Notes: generated from the letters alone by a model not told the origin. A DNA stretch of 64,000 bases from an uncultured Candidatus Poseidoniales archaeon (GCA_905182635.1 CAJJCM010000026.1:3568-67567), one strand, 5' to 3'; positions 8,420-19,646 are shown, counted from the stretch's first letter. Translations and numbers: made by a program.

Positions 8420-11400
8420 TCACTTTTTCATCGCATCGACGTATTGCCATCCGAAATGGCTCCATTGATCAAGGGTCCATCCCTGAGGTAAGCCAGTAGG
8501 TGGAATTGGTGGTGGGTCACGTGCAGTTTCAAGGGCCGGAGGTGCTGCAACTGGCTCTGCAACTGATTGCGGTGGAGGAAGAACCAATCCAATTGGTGGA
8601 GGGATATTTATATCAATTTGAGGAAGCGTCTTTGAAAGATTTAACTCTTCGAGAACATCCTCAGTTTGGTCTTCTACACCGGGTTCTAATTCACCCGAAC
8701 GAATCCGACGATTCACCACTAACAACCACATCGCAAGGCTGAGCGAGACCAGTGCAATGAGGTAGAGCACTATACTGAAAGTTCCTTCCTGTGCCTGAAG
8801 GGCAAGGGCTTCACCATCTCGAATAGTTTCTTCTTTGATGAGCAGTGGGTCGAGCGTTTTACGGTCCATTTCAACTTCATCAACCAAGACAAGAAGACGG
8901 AATTCGATATTTTCACCTGCTTTGACATTGGCGACTGTCGGGAGGGTTCCCGTGATTACAGCACCCGCAGTGGCCACAAGGTCGACACGAGCGGTATCTT
9001 GCCAGAAACCTCCATCAACTGCTCGTTGCAATACAAATGCCACATCACCTTTGCCTCCAAGGTTGCGCACTTCGAAGCCAAGTTCTACAGCTTGTTCCGA
9101 AATTGGACTTGGGTCATCCCATGAAAAGAAACTGGTTGCTGCATCAAGGTCAATACTCGGCCCGAGCAAAGCCAGGGACCAAGAGGCGATTGGTTGACTC
9201 ATTGAATTACCAAGAGTATTGAACGGATTACCCGCTGAATCAGAACCTGAAACCCAGATATCGACCATATACGATGGTAGAAGTGTCGTTGAACCAGAGT
9301 CGGTGAGGTCGAGATTCCCTGTCCAGAAAAATTGCTCGCCGAAAGGAGTCGTATCAGGCAAAGGTACACTACCTCGTGAAATCGATGCTTCACCTGCACG
9401 AACTCGATAATGCAAGACGACTGGCTTATAGAGGTCAAATCCATGGTCGTCGACTGTTTCAAGCATGACGAGTAAATCGCCACAAGCGCCAATCGAAAGG
9501 TCGGAACCAGCTGAAACTTCATTCAAAGAAATAGCAGCAATATTCGGTCGTGAACTGTCTACAGCTAATCGAACCCGCTGAACCGACGGAGTTTCATCCA
9601 TAGCCAAACCAGGTAAATCACTGAGTTCAAGACGTAAGTCAAGGTGACCAGAAGGTACCGACGGAATCAACAGATCGAGGCTAAACTCTCCATCAGAACG
9701 AGTTGATGTTTTCCATGTGTTATCGTAATCTCCAAAAACAACATCAAACGCACCGGGTGGTGCAGGTGTTTCATCCTCTGAAAAGAGCACTCGACCATTG
9801 ACACGTAATGCTTGGCCAGCACCGATGAGCGTTTCTTTGAAATCAGAATTATAGTGGTTGGTTCCATCTCGTAATTCAACAGCACGAATATGACCTTCCG
9901 TGGTATCAAACCTAAAGTCATTATCAAGGCTCCATGCATCGTTCCCTAAGCCAGCAGTTGCTTCGAAGCAGGGGGTTTCTTCCCCCACATTACAAGGTAA
10001 ATCAGTGACCATTACCTTTGGAATAATTTGACTTAGCCCATTTGTATCAAATGATTCAGGAAACGTCCAGGTCAATTGGAATCGTGCAAGGATTTTGATA
10101 ATACTGTTATTATTTTCATCAATATCAACGCTTGAGTAGAGGTTCGAGACTGCAATGTTTGCAGACCCGGATTCGATAACTGCAATCGGGTCTCCATCTG
10201 CGCCTTTGGTCAAAGTGATGAACATGGATGTTTCATCATCATTAAAATCGCCACCAAGTGCGAGTTGAATATATTGAATGTCTTGCCAACCGTTGCGGTC
10301 AGACAGAAGAATTTGTGCAGTATATGGGATACCTGGATGGAGTGGTGTTTGATCATCGTGACCGAGAATGGTTGAGTTGTCAAGGTCGAGTTCAGGTTCG
10401 AATTCGACTCGAATCCGATAGGTCGCCAAATCATTGTCCCAATTTGGAACGACTTCTCCAGGAACATATCCGCATGCGATGTTACTGACGGGGCAGACTG
10501 GCCCACCGCCCATGGCAATGTCATTGTCTTGTGCATCCTTGCCCGAAATGAAGTAAGATACGCTTTGACCATGCTGAAGCATTGAATCATCAATAAGACC
10601 GTCAAAAATATTTAATCCTCCAGTTTGGGTATCAGGTGAAGTAAGTGTTTTCATTTCATATTCATCAGCATTTGGCAAACCATCAAAGTTGTAATCACTG
10701 CAACCAATTGATACGCCGGCTTTACATCCAATCCAATAATTGAGGGTCGCTTGATTCGGAGGGTCAACTGAATCTTGAATCACGATGCTGACTGCTTGAC
10801 CACCTGGTGAAGGAGGCCCTGCGTGGCGTTCACTTCCATCATTAGGAGTCGATAAGAGTACAAGTGGTGAGTTTCCATCCAACACAAGTCGAATGGTATT
10901 GTATCCCGGGTTTGCATATACCGAACCGTTTTGCATCTGGATTGCCTCGACGTAGAAGACCATGCCACCTGGAGCAGATTCAAGTGGTGATTGGAACGTA
11001 AGATTGTATTCACCAAACGCAGGGTTTTGTTCTTGAGCCAAGAGAGTAGGTTCTCCAATTGGGTCTCCATCATAGGTGACATTTTGCCCTAACACACGTA
11101 AAGCAAACTGGCCTGCCAACGGAGTGAGTTGTGAATTTTGGAAATGGATACTGCCTGTGAACGAGAGGTTGAAACCACCACGAACCCAGTCTTGCGAGTA
11201 GAGTTCTCTGCCGGTTTCTTCAAAGACACGCAATCCATCCAACTGAATATCGTTTTCGACAATGATGTCTAAATCTTCAGTTTCCCAACCGGTGACTGCT
11301 TGACCTAAATCATCATCAACAGAAATGAGGGCTTGCAACTTGCTTTCATCATCCCAGGTCCAATTCACTGAAACTGGCATCCGGATGGATACCATTCCGA

Positions 11401-13825
11401 GAGAATCCATCGTCGATGTGCAGTTGGCTACATCAAATTGAACGATACCTCCTGCATCACTGACTACCGAGCAAGTATCTCCCCGTTGCCAATCGAATGC
11501 AGGGTTTTCACCGTAAGAATTGTTCAGAGCGATGAGTGATTCTGTAACACGGTCGACTTCGTCACCTGGAGCGATACGAACCTGAAGGTTTCTGAACACA
11601 CCATCTGGTGAAAGAAGACCCCCTTCTAACGAGGCGTCAACCGCCCGAGTTTGCATCTGGTAAGCAATATCAATATTCGATATTTTTACTCGCCCAGAAG
11701 TTGCTGCTTTCACTGCAATAGGGATTAATACATTTCCATCACCATTCTGAGGTATGATGGAGTTAAAGGCTTGAACAAGCGTTGGTTGGTACTTCACATC
11801 TACGTTGACCACAGATTCGTCGCTCGCAATTACAGCGGACTCATTCAAGAAGAGAAGAGATTCCCAATCCCAAATCAGATCGTTGCCAATATCCAATTTC
11901 GGACGGTCAGGATAACCTTCCTCATATTCAAGTGTGATCAAATCAATAAGAGGTGAGAAGGAAATGTCTGAGGTCGTTAAACTCACTGCATATCGAATGG
12001 TATCTCCTGCCTCAGTTGATGGGAAACTAACCTCCTGATTATTTAATGCAGGAAGCCATGTTGAACCGTTATCATTTGAAACCTGAACCTCAATAGAGGT
12101 TCCCGGAGGTACGTCAGCAATCCAATTCGGCTTCACTTTGCCCACTTTCGTACCTGTGGTATGAGGTGGAGATGTCCAAGTGCCTGCGGGGGCATATTCC
12201 GTTGAATATTCAACATCAACCCACCAAGAAACTGCTGTTGAGCCAATTAATTGTGCTTTCCATAACAATTCTGTGCCCGGGTAAGAAAAGTGAATGGTTG
12301 AATTGGATTCAACGGATTCCCAATGGGTGCCATTATCTGCAGATACCCAATAATCAACACGGTCACCGATCGAAGCTGCGGACCAATATGTTTGCACATT
12401 GACGCTTAAAATGGGATCTCCAGATTCGGTCACAGGGCCCAACCATGTGGTGGTCCCAGGAGCGGGTGTAGTTTTGTATTGCCATCCAGTACCGTATTCA
12501 CGGTAATACAAAGTTGCTGAAGACCAAGAGGAATATCCACAGTCAACCGTTACGAATCGTGAACCGTCAAATTGGAGACCATATCCAAGTGCTGACAACA
12601 GGCGTATTCCAGTTTGAGGAACTAAAGAAGTGGAACTTCCTGAAATGGTCCAAGCTTCAAGTTGGTCCTTATCTTGGCCTGAAGAACCTTTCTGGCAACG
12701 CATGAAGAAGGTTGTTTCATTCACTTCTAATCCGCGAACTTGTTGTCCAGACTTTCCACATTCCCAAGAACTACCTGAAGATGAAGAATAAGAATACATG
12801 TCTTGTCCTCGTGTATATTGACCATCGGCTTGGTCTCCAAAGGTATAAGGTACAATTCTGCGTTGTGCGTTGTGGACAATCCAAACATCTTCGGTCACTC
12901 GGTCATAAGCAATTGCAGTGTAGTCGGAATACTGTGGTGAGACATCGTATGAATCGATGCACTTCCAGATATCATCTCGTGAGATATCCATCTCGAGAAC
13001 ACGATGGTATTGCGTCGGTGCCGATGAGGAGTAATGATAACGATAGCCGGAGAGAATTGCAAACATTCGCTCATCATCAGTAATGGTCCAATCTCGGAAA
13101 CCGTAACTTCCGTAATATGAACTGGGATGAAGCGAAGGAAGGGTGCATTGACCCTGGTCTAATGTAATAACTGACTCCCTCGTTCCATTATTCGGGTAAA
13201 GGCGATGGACAATGTTCTGGAAAGTCGAAGTACTCCAAGTCGACATGAAGAGCCAATCATGATGCTTTAGAATGGCGCCTTGGCTTTGTTTCGTAAGAGT
13301 GGATGAAGTCCTGAGAACTTGTTGCGAGAATCTGCTTTCGGTAGAATTCGAAGTATGCGGTTGTCGAACAGCGTACGAGCCGTTGTCAAGCCATGCATCG
13401 GACGCAGGGTTTTCAAGTTCATCATAGCCGTGTGGGAAAAAAGAAGTTGAACGATTGGAGAAGGCAAGACTTAATTCTCCACTCCGAGCATCTGTAGCGG
13501 AAGATGTTCCTTCAATCCAATCATCGCGGTCATCGGTAACCGTCTGGCTCCATCCAGTCGCAGATGCACCTGAAAGTGTCATGGAAACTTCGGTAACCAA
13601 GGCACCTTTTGGTAGAGAAACAATCGCCCCAGCATCCGGGTTTGCACCTTGATATAAGGCGACGTATTCACTTGAACCATCATGGAGGGAGTAAATATGT
13701 CGAGATACACCTGCAGCATCAGCAGAGCCAACAACAACATCTGCCATTGGTCCCATCGGTGAAAGAACCATGATAAAAAAAAGCACGAACATTATTCCGC
13801 GGCCATTCGATAAATCACTCTGCAT
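8420..13825 (-). CDS. Large (~1800 aa) membrane-anchored surface protein with Asp-box motifs
   Basis: N-terminal signal, SADNGTHW and SNDNGSTW Asp-boxes, beta-rich domains, C-terminal TM, Pro-rich cytoplasmic tail ending GLPQGWTLDQWSHFGWQY. ATG 13825 preferred over track start 13870. Confidence 0.85.
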   Translation of the reverse strand: MQSDLSNGRGIMFVLFFIMVLSPMGPMADVVVGSADAAGVSRHIYSLHDGSSEYVALYQGANPDAGAIVSLPKGALVTEVSMTLSGASATGWSQTVTDDRDDWIEGTSSATDARSGELSLAFSNRSTSFFPHGYDELENPASDAWLDNGSYAVRQPHTSNSTESRFSQQVLRTSSTLTKQSQGAILKHHDWLFMSTWSTSTFQNIVHRLYPNNGTRESVITLDQGQCTLPSLHPSSYYGSYGFRDWTITDDERMFAILSGYRYHYSSSAPTQYHRVLEMDISRDDIWKCIDSYDVSPQYSDYTAIAYDRVTEDVWIVHNAQRRIVPYTFGDQADGQYTRGQDMYSYSSSSGSSWECGKSGQQVRGLEVNETTFFMRCQKGSSGQDKDQLEAWTISGSSTSLVPQTGIRLLSALGYGLQFDGSRFVTVDCGYSSWSSATLYYREYGTGWQYKTTPAPGTTTWLGPVTESGDPILSVNVQTYWSAASIGDRVDYWVSADNGTHWESVESNSTIHFSYPGTELLWKAQLIGSTAVSWWVDVEYSTEYAPAGTWTSPPHTTGTKVGKVKPNWIADVPPGTSIEVQVSNDNGSTWLPALNNQEVSFPSTEAGDTIRYAVSLTTSDISFSPLIDLITLEYEEGYPDRPKLDIGNDLIWDWESLLFLNESAVIASDESVVNVDVKYQPTLVQAFNSIIPQNGDGNVLIPIAVKAATSGRVKISNIDIAYQMQTRAVDASLEGGLLSPDGVFRNLQVRIAPGDEVDRVTESLIALNNSYGENPAFDWQRGDTCSVVSDAGGIVQFDVANCTSTMDSLGMVSIRMPVSVNWTWDDESKLQALISVDDDLGQAVTGWETEDLDIIVENDIQLDGLRVFEETGRELYSQDWVRGGFNLSFTGSIHFQNSQLTPLAGQFALRVLGQNVTYDGDPIGEPTLLAQEQNPAFGEYNLTFQSPLESAPGGMVFYVEAIQMQNGSVYANPGYNTIRLVLDGNSPLVLLSTPNDGSERHAGPPSPGGQAVSIVIQDSVDPPNQATLNYWIGCKAGVSIGCSDYNFDGLPNADEYEMKTLTSPDTQTGGLNIFDGLIDDSMLQHGQSVSYFISGKDAQDNDIAMGGGPVCPVSNIACGYVPGEVVPNWDNDLATYRIRVEFEPELDLDNSTILGHDDQTPLHPGIPYTAQILLSDRNGWQDIQYIQLALGGDFNDDETSMFITLTKGADGDPIAVIESGSANIAVSNLYSSVDIDENNNSIIKILARFQLTWTFPESFDTNGLSQIIPKVMVTDLPCNVGEETPCFEATAGLGNDAWSLDNDFRFDTTEGHIRAVELRDGTNHYNSDFKETLIGAGQALRVNGRVLFSEDETPAPPGAFDVVFGDYDNTWKTSTRSDGEFSLDLLIPSVPSGHLDLRLELSDLPGLAMDETPSVQRVRLAVDSSRPNIAAISLNEVSAGSDLSIGACGDLLVMLETVDDHGFDLYKPVVLHYRVRAGEASISRGSVPLPDTTPFGEQFFWTGNLDLTDSGSTTLLPSYMVDIWVSGSDSAGNPFNTLGNSMSQPIASWSLALLGPSIDLDAATSFFSWDDPSPISEQAVELGFEVRNLGGKGDVAFVLQRAVDGGFWQDTARVDLVATAGAVITGTLPTVANVKAGENIEFRLLVLVDEVEMDRKTLDPLLIKEETIRDGEALALQAQEGTFSIVLYLIALVSLSLAMWLLVVNRRIRSGELEPGVEDQTEDVLEELNLSKTLPQIDINIPPPIGLVLPPPQSVAEPVAAPPALETARDPPPIPPTGLPQGWTLDQWSHFGWQYVDAMKK

Positions 13826-13892
13826 GTCTGCCCCTCGATACATCCTTAGAGCCTTTAGCCTTTGAATCATACGCCCACCGGTTATTGAAACA

Positions 13893-16800
13893 TCAGTCTA
13901 TCTGACGTGAATCATACCGTATTGGAGAGGAGTCGCCACGAATGCCATCGTCCTCATCATCATGGACTTCAAACCAATCGACCATCCAATCACCATCCGT
14001 ATCCCAATTCATCGGATCTGAGCCTTCTGCAATGTGGTCATTATCCAAATCGAGTAAATACCAGCCGAATTCATGTTCACCAACTGCTCGAACAGGCGCA
14101 GTGTTTGGAGAACCAACATAGTAAATCTCCCAAGCATCTGTTCGGTTTCCAGCCAAATATATTTCATCATCACTTGAATCAAGAGAGAGGAAATTGATAT
14201 CTTTATCATCGACTAAGTATGCAAAACGGAAATCATTTCCATTGGATTTATCCATTTTCAAATAATTTTCAGCGCTTGAGCCATTCGAATCTAATTTCAA
14301 CAACGCGGCTCGCAATTGCCACCATTCAAGTACAATCTCTCCGTCATAAATCATGCCACTAAGGCGAACTGCATTCGGGGACGAGAGGTCGGAATCAGTG
14401 ATTGCATAGAATTCTTGGAAATTCGTATAGGGTTCATAGACACATCCAGCGCCTGTGCAATCCCAATTGCCATCTTGGTCAGGGTCATAATTCGCATCGA
14501 CTGGGTCAGCAGGATTCAAAGTAAACCATGTTGAAGATAAGTCTGGACGAGAGAGGACTCCTCCTGAGCCTTGCTGAGATAATGGCAAACAAGAATTTGT
14601 ATCGGTCGAACAAGTACCGCCAGTAGCAGCATCAATCCAAACGACTTGTATTTGCAAAAACGAACTGAAATTGTCGTTTAATTCATTCCATCCTTTGGAA
14701 TATTCAAACCAGTCCGGTAACATATCCCCATCGGTATCGTTATCACTTGGATTGATTCCATACTTGAACACTTCACGCCCATCTGAGAGGTTGAAGTCTT
14801 GTTGATGATAGACGACAACACCATTGGAAACAACCGTCGAATAGGAGACACTGTCTCCATCAGAATCGTTCAAATCAGGACGGGTCGAATTATCCCATTC
14901 CATTTTATTTGTAAATGGTAAGTCCCCAGTGCCGGATTGAATTATTGCTGTGCCAGGTGTGAACACTCGACCCGACCAAGAGCCTTGCTGAGCGGGTTGA
15001 TCGAAGGCAGAACGGTCATACCAGCCATCATGATCTCCATCATAATTGACATCCCAAGGATTCAATGGATTCGAGGCCCAATGGTTGATGGTTGAGGTAT
15101 CTTCCATTCCATACAAAGCATAACAGTATTCCCATCCATCCTCAATCCCGTCAGAATCGGAATCGGTACTCGTTGGGTCTGCAACTCCAAGCAGTGTTCG
15201 ATTGAAGTTATCGTTATCAAATTCGTTAATCATATCCATGCGGTCAGTACTTGATTGGCTCTTTGATACGAAATCAGTGTAAAGCGCTTGTTGAGCCTGT
15301 GCAAAAGTTATTCCAAGTTCTTCCATATACGCTTGCATAGCGTCATTTGCAAAATTTATAACTCCATCAGCAGCAGGAACCGAAAAGCGTGAGAGGTATT
15401 TCCCATAGGTCCGAGATTCCCATTCACGTAAATTCGAGAATCTCTCATCCATTGAAATATTACCATCACCGTCGCAATCGAAACTATCCCCATCAGTGTC
15501 AAGATTGACATCGTTATCGATGAGTGGATTCATACTCCAACGGTTCTCCTCCAAGTTCCATTCAGTAAACCAGTATTCAAATCCATCATACATGCCATCA
15601 TCATCCGTATCCGGATTGGTCGGGTCAGTCATGCCGAGGAGTGTTGAAAGAATAGCATTCGGTGGGACACCTGTCTGCCAATCATTGTAATCATTCAACA
15701 AACGCTTTCCACGAGTTTCTTTGGTGATGAGGATGTTGAAGACTCGCTGAGCTTTTTCTGTTGGTTGTTGTATATCTCCATCGAGGTGCAGGAGTGGGGC
15801 ATCAGAAGGATGTTCTAATCCATTCACTGGATTCTCAATGGCAACGGCAAATTCCTGACGGTCAATAAGGCCATCTCCATCACCATCAAATCCACCATCA
15901 CCAGGCACCAGCGGATTAAGAGTCCAAGTCTGAGCCGATACATTCCAAGAAGTAAACAGTTGTTCAATTCCGTCGATCATCCCGTCTCCGTCTGTGTCGA
16001 CGTTGTTCGGGTCAGAAGTCCAACCGGTCAAGTTCACTTGGTCAGAGGTGATAAAGGAGCCAAAGGAGTATTCTACAGAGTATCCTGGCCATTGTTGTAA
16101 GGCAAAAGCAGAACCAATAGTCGTAACAAACCATTGAGGTGCTGAGCGGTTTTGGTCAGTTTCAGTGAATTCAGGAGATATTGCATTGTATTCTTCCCAA
16201 TTCGCCATACCGTCGTCATCGGCATCTTCCCACCGGTCTGAAGAATCCAATGGATTCAAAGTCCACGCATCGTCAAGAACATTCCAACGAGCGAACCAAA
16301 TTTCCCAGCCATCAGGCATTCCATCGGAATCAGAATCCGCATCGAACGGGTCTGCAGAGCCCCTGTCAGTTAGTGTTTGAAGGGCAGTAACCGAGCCTGA
16401 TGCTCGGTCTCCGAAATTCGCTTCAGGTATTCCTAATGCCGCAACATTCGTGAATAAATCGGTCGAGAAGCCATTTGGAATTGGCTCACCATCAAACGTT
16501 TGGTTTCCTGTGAACAAATTTGAACGGATATGGAATTCCAAATAATTGACAAAGGCTTCAGAATCGTCTAACACTCCATCGTGGTTGATATCATATCCAT
16601 CCCCGTCAGGATTTTTAAAGAGGTCGGAAGCGTTGAGTGGGTTCACTCCTTTCCGAGAAGGGTCCCATGTGCAGGCACCACCTGATTCCCAGCCGTCTGG
16701 CAAAGAATCACCGTCAGAATCAATGTTATTTGGGTCCGCCTCAAACCATTCCAAGGTCGAGTTCACAGACTCACCATGCGATTCAAATAACAATCCTTCA

Positions 16801-19646
16801 AGACCAGCACCACGAACAAGTGACCACTGGTATTCGCAAAGGTTGGCCAGACCATCACGGTCGGCATCCCAATTCGCGTCTTCAGCTCGATTTGGGTCAA
16901 GTGTCCAATTATTGCCTCCATTAAACGAAGAGCCAACCCAACGTCGATGATGAATTTCCCACCCATCTGGCATGCCGTCCCCATCACTGTCAAAATTGGT
17001 TGGGTCCGTACCTCTATCGCTACTTGAAAGGCCGAGGTAAGTCGCATTGGCTGCTTGACCAGCCGCGTCATCACAAATGTACTCCATTTGAACCGAATAA
17101 TGGCACCAAAGTGTAGAGTCTTCATAGAAGAAACCGAAATACTCGCTGCCATCACCCAATCCATCACCATCGGTGTCGCCAACTGCGGGATTGGTCGAAT
17201 TGTACCCGTTTGGAGATTGAGTTTCATAACGGTATTCGTCCAGATTCGTCCAGAGACGTTCCAAGAATCCATCGCCTGCTTGGTCAAGATCAATTCCATC
17301 GCTATCGGTATCGAAAATCGAATCCCAAGGGTCGGTCGGGTCCAATCCATTGGCAACCTCCCATCCATCAGGCATTCCATCGTTATCAGAATCATTCGCA
17401 CCAGGGTTCATCAATTCCAAATTGGCATATCGCCCAGGCGATGAACCGGTGAAGATGGTAGTATTATCACCGATAGTAATTGTTTGAAGAGTGACTATTT
17501 CTCCAAAAACATCCTCCTGATTTTGGAATCCATAGACGGCAGAATAGTCACCGGAAATCGCCCAGAGGCCTTTGTCAGAACCAACTAAGATCTCGTCACC
17601 TGTGGAAATGAGCGAGTGGATGTTGTTGTAATTTCGAGTATATCTTCCTTCGATACCCGGATGTTCAAGCAACCCGCTGTGTGAGATTTTTGTGTCAACA
17701 AGGTTCATCATATGAACTCCCGAAGGAGTGCCGAACCACAGAACCTGTGAATTGGTTGGATTCGGGCCATCGAGTGCCATGGTTCGCACTTCAGCAGGAT
17801 TAGCAACCAGGCCGAGAGAAAGTGACCGTAATTCATCAATTGCTGTTGGATAAGGTGTGACTTCTGGCGTATAATAAAACCTCCACACCGCCTCAAAATC
17901 ACCACGTGCTGTTGTCGTTTCTCCGAACAACAATCCTCGGTCAGTCCCCACATACAGAGTATTATTCCCTCCACCTGCGGCGCCGTGAGCAATTCCTGTC
18001 ACCATGGCATTCGATAGAGTCAGTGCAGTTTCGAGTCCCGTTGCAATGTCGTATTGTTGTGCGATTTGCGAGGAAGTTGTAACCTCGAACACAGCGCCTT
18101 CACCCGATTGACCTAAGCCAATGATATGTTGATTTTGACCATCGAGATTCAAGAGAGAGAGTGCATAGAGTTCGTCAGAAAGTGACCAATCCCAAGTGGT
18201 CAGTGGGCCAATATTTCCATCAGCTTGAAGTGGGGCAATTGCCAAACCAATATTTGTTGCAATCGCTAAAGCAAAGGATGAGTCTTGAGCAGTGAGAAGT
18301 AATGATTCATGCAACTCAACCCCTTGAGGCATCCAGTGGTCGAAACTGACCATTTGGTCATAGTTAAAGACCGTTAATCCATAACGAGTCGTCGCATATA
18401 AAATCGCACCATCTTCATCAAGGTCCCGAATATCATGGTGTATGAGGCTCATTTCATCCGCTGGTGCGATAAAACTCAACGGAACAAACTGATGGCTGTC
18501 GAGTTGATTCCCGAGTAAAACAGATTTCATCCCAGGTAGAACCGAATTACCATCATCAGCATATACAAAGTATTCTTCCAAGGTAGAAAGTGATTCGCCT
18601 AAAGAAAGCGCAGTGAGAGTACGGCTCACATCGGGTGAAATTCCACCATCACGGTTCGCATCCCATCCGTCCGCATCGGGGTCGAGTAAAGCATTGGTTC
18701 GGTTCAAAGGTTCAAGACCGAAATGCACTTCCCATCCGTCAGGGATTCCATCTCCAAAAGAAGGAAACAGTCGGCGAATAGAAAATCCATCCCAATGATA
18801 GCGGTCCGAATCTGCAAGCAGAGGGTCGGTCCCGAGCCAAAGGTCTTCATCGATAACCATCGATGCGTTTTCAGTACAAGCGGAGAGTAAATGTTTGAAT
18901 GTTGCATTTTGGCCTGCGGGGATAAATGGCCAACTTTTGAAGATTGAACCTTCTGGCAAAGTAGCCGAACACCACATCCCATCCAACTCAGTGGTATGAT
19001 TCAATGGTGCACCTTGAATGTATTCTTCCGGTGATGAAAAACGTTCTGTCGTCGACAATACTCCGTCGCGATTAACATCAAATCCATCTTCATCTGGGTC
19101 GTCATACAGATCAGAGCTGTTCAAAGGGTCAAAACTCTGGCATTCATACTTCTGAGTAAAGATGTTGTAACCACCTACGCGCTCACACATGTATGCTTCG
19201 TATCCATCCGGCATTCCATCGCCATCCGTATCGGACATACGAGGGTCAAGATAACTTCGCTCACCCTCGCCATCGACTGTACCAGTCAGTCCACGAGGAA
19301 ATCCTGGGGAGGTACAATTTGCTGGATACGGCCAGCAAAATTCTTCGGTAGCATTCAAACCATCGTGGTCTTGGTCGATAAAAGCATCCGAGGCATTGTT
19401 GCTGTCCATTCCCTGCATGATGACTGCACGGCCATCGACCGTGCTCCAATTCAGCCATTCATCAAACAAATTTTCATGGACATCGGGTATTTTGTCTCCA
19501 TCACTGTCAGTTGTCGGAGGCTTGGAGCCATCCGTCGTATCTGGATGCAGATTCGAAACTGACGAAACTGCAGGAAATTGGGACATGAACATTAAACTCG
19601 CGACAACGGCAAGAGTGGTTAGAAGAGTGGTTAAACTACGACGCAT
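13893..19646 (-). CDS. 1917-aa secreted protein with about 25 DxDxDG calcium-binding (TSP3-like) repeats and a central beta-propeller-like region
   Basis: Signal sequence; recurring DxDxDG(M/I/L)PDG(W/Y/F)E...NP units; central region with TRYGL, TDRGL, TPSGV and SDKGL blade-like motifs. Confidence 0.85.
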   Translation of the reverse strand: MRRSLTTLLTTLAVVASLMFMSQFPAVSSVSNLHPDTTDGSKPPTTDSDGDKIPDVHENLFDEWLNWSTVDGRAVIMQGMDSNNASDAFIDQDHDGLNATEEFCWPYPANCTSPGFPRGLTGTVDGEGERSYLDPRMSDTDGDGMPDGYEAYMCERVGGYNIFTQKYECQSFDPLNSSDLYDDPDEDGFDVNRDGVLSTTERFSSPEEYIQGAPLNHTTELDGMWCSATLPEGSIFKSWPFIPAGQNATFKHLLSACTENASMVIDEDLWLGTDPLLADSDRYHWDGFSIRRLFPSFGDGIPDGWEVHFGLEPLNRTNALLDPDADGWDANRDGGISPDVSRTLTALSLGESLSTLEEYFVYADDGNSVLPGMKSVLLGNQLDSHQFVPLSFIAPADEMSLIHHDIRDLDEDGAILYATTRYGLTVFNYDQMVSFDHWMPQGVELHESLLLTAQDSSFALAIATNIGLAIAPLQADGNIGPLTTWDWSLSDELYALSLLNLDGQNQHIIGLGQSGEGAVFEVTTSSQIAQQYDIATGLETALTLSNAMVTGIAHGAAGGGNNTLYVGTDRGLLFGETTTARGDFEAVWRFYYTPEVTPYPTAIDELRSLSLGLVANPAEVRTMALDGPNPTNSQVLWFGTPSGVHMMNLVDTKISHSGLLEHPGIEGRYTRNYNNIHSLISTGDEILVGSDKGLWAISGDYSAVYGFQNQEDVFGEIVTLQTITIGDNTTIFTGSSPGRYANLELMNPGANDSDNDGMPDGWEVANGLDPTDPWDSIFDTDSDGIDLDQAGDGFLERLWTNLDEYRYETQSPNGYNSTNPAVGDTDGDGLGDGSEYFGFFYEDSTLWCHYSVQMEYICDDAAGQAANATYLGLSSSDRGTDPTNFDSDGDGMPDGWEIHHRRWVGSSFNGGNNWTLDPNRAEDANWDADRDGLANLCEYQWSLVRGAGLEGLLFESHGESVNSTLEWFEADPNNIDSDGDSLPDGWESGGACTWDPSRKGVNPLNASDLFKNPDGDGYDINHDGVLDDSEAFVNYLEFHIRSNLFTGNQTFDGEPIPNGFSTDLFTNVAALGIPEANFGDRASGSVTALQTLTDRGSADPFDADSDSDGMPDGWEIWFARWNVLDDAWTLNPLDSSDRWEDADDDGMANWEEYNAISPEFTETDQNRSAPQWFVTTIGSAFALQQWPGYSVEYSFGSFITSDQVNLTGWTSDPNNVDTDGDGMIDGIEQLFTSWNVSAQTWTLNPLVPGDGGFDGDGDGLIDRQEFAVAIENPVNGLEHPSDAPLLHLDGDIQQPTEKAQRVFNILITKETRGKRLLNDYNDWQTGVPPNAILSTLLGMTDPTNPDTDDDGMYDGFEYWFTEWNLEENRWSMNPLIDNDVNLDTDGDSFDCDGDGNISMDERFSNLREWESRTYGKYLSRFSVPAADGVINFANDAMQAYMEELGITFAQAQQALYTDFVSKSQSSTDRMDMINEFDNDNFNRTLLGVADPTSTDSDSDGIEDGWEYCYALYGMEDTSTINHWASNPLNPWDVNYDGDHDGWYDRSAFDQPAQQGSWSGRVFTPGTAIIQSGTGDLPFTNKMEWDNSTRPDLNDSDGDSVSYSTVVSNGVVVYHQQDFNLSDGREVFKYGINPSDNDTDGDMLPDWFEYSKGWNELNDNFSSFLQIQVVWIDAATGGTCSTDTNSCLPLSQQGSGGVLSRPDLSSTWFTLNPADPVDANYDPDQDGNWDCTGAGCVYEPYTNFQEFYAITDSDLSSPNAVRLSGMIYDGEIVLEWWQLRAALLKLDSNGSSAENYLKMDKSNGNDFRFAYLVDDKDINFLSLDSSDDEIYLAGNRTDAWEIYYVGSPNTAPVRAVGEHEFGWYLLDLDNDHIAEGSDPMNWDTDGDWMVDWFEVHDDEDDGIRGDSSPIRYDSRQID

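Noticed and set aside
16763-17401. 212-aa alternative-frame ORF and the many other 60-190 aa shadow ORFs
   Set aside because: They lie within or antisense to well-supported genes and show no recognisable motifs.
13893-19646. Recurring DNA words (CCATCCATC, CCATCAGGCAT) resembling a repeat array
   Set aside because: Irregular spacing and degenerate third positions show these are protein-level repeats, not CRISPR.
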